Part shown: positions 57,720 to 64,000 of the stretch, in pieces
How the letters are laid out: every line of letters starts with the position of its first letter
How positions within the stretch are numbered: the stretch's first letter is position 1
NCBI GenBank assembly: GCA_964016885.1
Contig: OZ024743.1
Coordinates: 178,560,001 to 178,624,000 of the forward strand
DNA length: 64,000 bases
From: Eledone cirrhosa
Taxonomy: Eukaryota
Direction: 5' to 3'
Program-made: the position numbers and the translations under genes
The notes under the pieces: generated by a model
What the model saw: the letters and a program-made list of their open reading frames with translations, nothing else
What the model was told of the DNA's origin: nothing
The model's database searches: none

Positions 57720-59390
57720 GAGGTGTCATCAGAGCAGTAATCAAATCTATCTCGTATAGGATCTCAATGATATCAGCAAATGAGGAGATATTTATAAAAC
57801 ATGCACAATATTATAATAAGGCTCTTTCTGAATCTGGTTATGAACAATCAATTTATTACATACCTAAATGCCATAACACAGCAATTCACCATAATAAACT
57901 TAACACTAGAACTAGAAATACCTTAGCATATAGCCAAATTCGCCGGAATTTTAGCAGTAACAGCACCTATACAGGGAAGTTTAATGGTGGCAGCGGCCTG
58001 CTCCCCACTCCAAGTAGCAAACTAAAAATCAACCCTAGAATAGGAATGAGAAATGGGATGACAAATAACAAATCCCCAGGTAATAATAACCCTAGGAAGG
58101 CCCCTACCAACTCCACTAGAACCCCTAGAAAGAATAGGCCTAGAAATATCACCTGGCTTAACCCCCCATTCTCATCTAATCTCGCCACTAATATCCCTAA
58201 ACGCTTCCAAACTCTTTAATAAAAATAACATTAAAATCTCATTCTCCACAACACCTAACCTAGCTAGCCACATCGCATTCAGTAACCATCATAAACTAAG
58301 ACAGTATAACACCCACACTGCGGTACCACCACCCCTATCAAATACACCACGCCACTACACCAATAATTACTCTAGTAGCACACTTCCCCCATCTAATACT
58401 TCTAGCACTGACCTACCGCTCAAGTTAAACTACCCTACTCTCACTAACCCCAGAAGCAACTGCAACTGCCGTTACCCTAATGCATGCCCATTAAATGGAC
58501 ACTGCCTGACACCCAACATAGTCTATAGGTGCACGGTTAAAACTGCTTCGAATACCAGCTCTTATATCGGGTCTAGCTCTAACCCTTTTAAGGTACGCTA
58601 TAACGCGCACTCTTTTTCCTTCCGAGACCCTAGCAACAGATGTTCGACATCGCTAGCTAGGCTCATTAAAAACCTTAAATTAAGCAACGTTCAATGCTCA
58701 CTAAAATGGGATATCGTGGCTAGGGCCCAACCGTTCAATGGACGAAGAAAATCTTGTGATCTATGTATTACAGAAGCATATTACATAACTCTATCACGAC
58801 CTCTACCGATTAACGATAGAACGGAGGTAACTATTAGCTGTCAACATCGAAGGGCTAATTCCTTCGCGAATAGAATATTTGACCTAACTTATTCATCTAG
58901 CCCCATTTTTATTTGTGGCTAATAAGTTAAATAGCTATGACTAACTTAGATAATTATAAGTTACCTCCCCTACATTGTCTCTCAATTAAAAAATTAAATA
59001 GTTAGCACTTAACTATAAACTACCCACAATTTCTAATCGCTCGAGGAGTTACTTCCCCTTAAACTACCCTCTAATTAGTAAGGTAAATATGTCCTTTGGT
59101 AGCCATCTTGTTACCCATAGGCAGATCTCACACAATGCAGCCTCGACAGATGAATACTGCTTGATTATGGCTGACAACTGATGCAAATAAGATACCATAG
59201 TGAAAAACCAATATATGGAACATTATATTATGTAACATTCTCTCATTATTTTAATTTATATTCCTTTGAAGTTCCGATGAGCCGCTCTGTTTTTTAAATA
59301 TGTTAATTATTTTCAACTGAACCAGATCAATTATGATATATAGTCATATGATCCAGAAATAGTATATGGAGTAGCGAAACAATTATAAAC
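57720..59390 (+). mobile_element. Decayed PLE 3' half (Naiad-like linker and GIY-YIG) ending in a degenerate HHR
   Basis: RNITWLNPPFS, CNCRYPNACPLNGHCL, IVYRC...YIG...FKVRYNAH, CDLCITE, CQH. CCGATGA...GAAA at 59274-59379; SINE piece 59392-59500. Confidence 0.82.
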
Positions 59391-59612
59391 GGCGCCGAGG
59401 TTAACTTTGCCTTTCATCCTTACGGGGTCGATAAAATAAAGTACCAGTAATACACTGGTTAATTGCTGGCCTTGTGCCAAAAGTAGAAACAATTATTATT
59501 AATATTATTATTATTATTCTCTACATTCCTTACATCAAACTAAAATATGTTGACAATCTTTTAATAATGTCTTCCTTGTGAAATTTGTGGTCTTGTTTTG
59601 CTTAACTAATGA

Positions 59613-59721
<109 letters not shown>

Positions 59722-59761
59722 CATATATATATATATATATATGTATTTATATATTTATATA

Positions 59762-59830
<69 letters not shown>

Positions 59831-59935
59831 ATATGTATGTATATATATATATATATATGTGTGTATGTATATATGTATATATATATATATATATATGTAT
59901 GTATATATATATATATATATATGTATGTATATATG

Positions 59936-59969
<34 letters not shown>

Positions 59970-60003
59970 TGTATGTATATATATAAATATACATATATAT
60001 ATA

Positions 60004-60871
60004 TAGTATACTAGGGAGAGGATCAGGGGTGTATAACACTCCACTTATCCAGCAGGCAGTATAAGGTTAGCTCAATGTCTGAGGACAGAGCCGTGATATA
60101 ATAAATAACAAAGAACGCCTATAGCATATGCATATCTTTACTTGCTAACATTGTTTCATCCGCACTATAAGTGGGACTCATCAGAGCATAAAGGTTAATT
60201 ACATACCATACAAGCAATAACAAATCCAAGACATTGAAGAATGAAAAATAATAATAGACGATAAAGGATATTAAGGAAGTAAAAGTAAAAATAAAAATAG
60301 GAATAAAAATAAAAATAAAAATAAAAATAAAAATAAAAATAAAAATAAGATAATAAAATAAACAATGAAAAATAAGGGGTGCTATCAGTCACAGTTGGGC
60401 GGGGTGCTGTCAACATATAGTTACATACAAGCATACACATGGATAAGAGAAAAGACAAGAGTAGATAAGATAGATAGGATTAGGTAAGAGTAGGTAAAAA
60501 ATAGGTGAAAAACAGACTTATAATATATATAAGAAAATATAAAGAAATACATAACAAACTTACATATAAAATATAAAATATACAGATAATAGTGATACAG
60601 GGCAAGGAATGAGATAAAATAATATAAAATTAAAATTAAAATTATATAAAATAGAACATAATATAATATAATCATAAAATAAGATAAAATAAGATAAAAT
60701 AAGGTAAACTAAAATAAAATAAAATAGACTAAATTAAAATAATATAATATAAGATATAATTAAATGTAATTAAATAAAATAAATGAATAAATAAATAAAT
60801 AAAATTAAATAAATAAATAAAATTAAAATTAAAATTAAAATTAAATTTAAATAAATAAATAAATAAATAAG

Positions 60872-60914
<43 letters not shown>

Positions 60915-62071
60915 ATGGAATTAAATAAGTAAATAAATAAAATTAGATAACATGAAATGAAATAAAATAAAATAAAATGAAATAAAGTAAATTGAGATAA
61001 GATATATATTTTTTTAGAATATATCTCTTGAATATATCAGGGGCCCACGAAGGCACTAAGTGTCACAGTTATGTGTATCACTTGACCATTTTTTTAAAAT
61101 ATATTTCTTGAAAATATCAGGGGCCCACGAAGGCACTAAGTGTCACAGTCACCAGTATCACTTGACCATTGCAAGGCAATGGAGGCATCCCAGGTTGGGC
61201 AGTCTCAAAAGTTCACTCGAAAGTCGCGGGTGTGCATTCACACAGTTGAGCGGTGGGGTAATCACAAACCGGTTCCCACCCGGGCAGGAGTCCAATGGTC
61301 AGAGAGAGGTGCATCGAAGGAAGGTAGGAGAATTCACGTGCATTAGCAAGCGAAGTGCAGGCGGGTTAGCCAAAGCAAGCAGACACAGTTGGAGCGCATA
61401 CAAAAGATATATAAAAAGACAGAAGATATATAAAAAATAGCTTCAAGAGCCATGAAGTCACCGCATTGGGACATCACATATGCTGAACATATTGATGTGT
61501 ACAATCTTGTGATGTCCCAATGCTGTGACTTCATGGCTCTTGAAGCTATTTTTTATATATCTTCTGTCTTTTTATATATCTTTTGTATGCGCTCCAACTG
61601 TGTCTGCTTGCTTTGGCTAACCCGCCTGCACTTCGCTTGCTAATGCACGTGAATTCTCCTACCTCCCTTCGATGCACCTCTCTCTGACCATTGGACTCCT
61701 GCCCGGGTGTGAACCGGTTTGTGATTACCCCACCGTTCAACTGTGTGAATGCACACCCGCGACTTTCGAGTGAACTTTTGAGACTGCCCAACCTGGGACG
61801 CCTCCATTGCCTTGCAATGGTCAAGTGATACTGGTGACTGTGACACTTAGTGCCTTCGTGGGCCCCTGATATTTTCAAGAAATATATTTTAAAAAAATGG
61901 TCAAGTGATACACATAACTGTGACACTTAGTGCCTTCGTGGGCCCCTGATATATTCAAGAGATATATTCTAAAAAAATATATATCTTATCTCAATTTACT
62001 TTATTTCATTTTATTTTATTTTATTTCATTTCATGTTATCTAATTTTATTTATTTACTTATTTAATTCCAT

Positions 62072-62110
<39 letters not shown>

Positions 62111-62111
62111 C

Positions 62112-62143
<32 letters not shown>

Positions 62144-62913
62144 ATTTAATTTTAATTTTAATTTTAATTTTATTTATTTATTTAATTTTATTTATTTATT
62201 TATTCATTTATTTTATTTAATTACATTTAATTATATCTTATATTATATTATTTTAATTTAGTCTATTTTATTTTATTTTAGTTTACCTTATTTTATCTTA
62301 TTTTATCTTATTTTATGATTATATTATATTATGTTCTATTTTATATAATTTTAATTTTAATTTTATATTATTTTATCTCATTCCTTACCCTGTATCACTA
62401 TTATCTGTATATTTTATATTTTATATGTAAGTTTGTTATGTATTTCTTTATATTTTCTTATATATATTATAAGTCTGTTTTTCACCTATTTTTTACCTAC
62501 TCTTACCTAATCCTATCTATCTTATCTACTCTTGTCTTTTCTCTTATCCATGTGTATGCTTGTATGTAACTATATGTTGACAGCACCCCGCCCAACTGTG
62601 ACTGATAGCACCCCTTATTTTTCATTGTTTATTTTATTATCTTATTTTTATTTTTATTTTTATTTTTATTTTTATTTTTATTTTTATTTTTATTTTTATT
62701 TTTATTTTTATTCCTATTTTTATTTTTACTTTTACTTCCTTAATATCCTTTATCGTCTATTATTATTTTTCATTCTTCAATGTCTTGGATTTGTTATTGC
62801 TTGTATGGTATGTAATTAACCTTTATGCTCTGATGAGTCCCACTTATAGTGCGGATGAAACAATGTTAGCAAGTAAAGATATGCATATGCTATAGGCGTT
62901 CTTTGTTATTTAT
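60004..62913 (-). mobile_element. Non-coding fold-back HHR element, family F1, copy b (2.9-kb hairpin)
   Basis: Tail 60004-60100 is the reverse complement of 4115-4205. Arms 60101-61478 and 61508-62913 with a ~29-nt spacer. HHRs at 60136-60193 (-) and 62821-62878 (+). Confidence 0.88.
62821..62878 (+). ncRNA. Minimal hammerhead ribozyme (F1); mirror copy at 60136-60193
   Basis: tgct CTGATGA gtcc-cacttatagtgc-ggat GAAA caatg TT agca. Confidence 0.8.
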
Positions 62914-63120
62914 ACATATATATATATATGTATGTGTATATGTAAATATATATATATATATATATATGTATGTATATATATAAATATACATATATATATG
63001 TATGTATATATATAAATATACATATATATATATATGTATGTGTATATGTAAATATATATATATATATATTGGAATAAATGCTCTGAAATAGCGATATATA
63101 CGTGAATATAGACATAGAAT

Positions 63121-63209
63121 ATTCTCGATAAAAGCACTGGATATGTAGTCCTGAAGATTTCTAACAAGAATGAAACGCGTTGATTACTTCCCTTGCTTTT
63201 ATCGAGAAT
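63121..63209 (+). ncRNA. Hammerhead ribozyme with extended stem I inside a ~250-bp mini fold-back
   Basis: gtagtc CTGAAGA tttct-aaca-agaat GAAA cgcg TT gattac. Outer helix attctcgataaaagca/tgcttttatcgagaat; terminal inverted repeat ~63095-63123 / 63291-63317. Confidence 0.75.
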
Positions 63210-63309
63210 CTAATTGTAATACGTGACGTATTCTATTCTATAGCGATTAGGTCTTCAAAATGTTTATTATAAACATACAGAATATTTTCTAATATTCTAT
63301 GTCTATATT

Positions 63310-63360
<51 letters not shown>

Positions 63361-63646
63361 AATGTCATATTGTAATAATATTGCCAGGAATAATAACAGA
63401 ACACACTCACCGTTTGGTTGGTTTTCACTTCTGTATCTTTTATATTTCCATAGTTAATTTATTTGCCAATCAGTGTTTATCATTGATTGACCAACGGTTA
63501 AAAATACAGATATAAATATATATATATATATAGTCTATCAAAGTTCTTTCGTTGCACATCTGCAACATCATTAGTGGCACTATAATCATGTTCCCTCCTA
63601 TTGTATTGTAATGTTATAAATATATATATAAATATATATATATATG

Positions 63647-64000
<354 letters not shown>

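Overview
AT-rich eukaryotic DNA, most likely from an octopod cephalopod (inferred from the SINE family). About a quarter of the window is (TA)n-type microsatellite. I found only two host exons (50414-50545 and 53868-54071, + strand), from a metabotropic glutamate receptor (class C GPCR, Venus-flytrap domain), so most of the window is probably intronic. The rest is mobile DNA: three L1/Tx1-clade LINE copies, about six Penelope-like element (PLE) coding fragments, a CRE-like fragment, many tRNA-derived SINEs and a Tigger-like end. The main signal is about 30 type I hammerhead ribozyme (HHR) motifs in 64 kb, found by eye, from more than 10 sequence families. Most sit in fold-back elements inserted in (TA)n: two inverted arms of 60 bp to 1.4 kb, often one HHR per arm, plus a one-sided 40-160 bp tail. 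Several of these elements are non-coding (retrozyme-like). The HHRs include U3-A8 core variants, very long stem II insertions and palindromic stem III. All RNA structures were paired manually and none has been tested.
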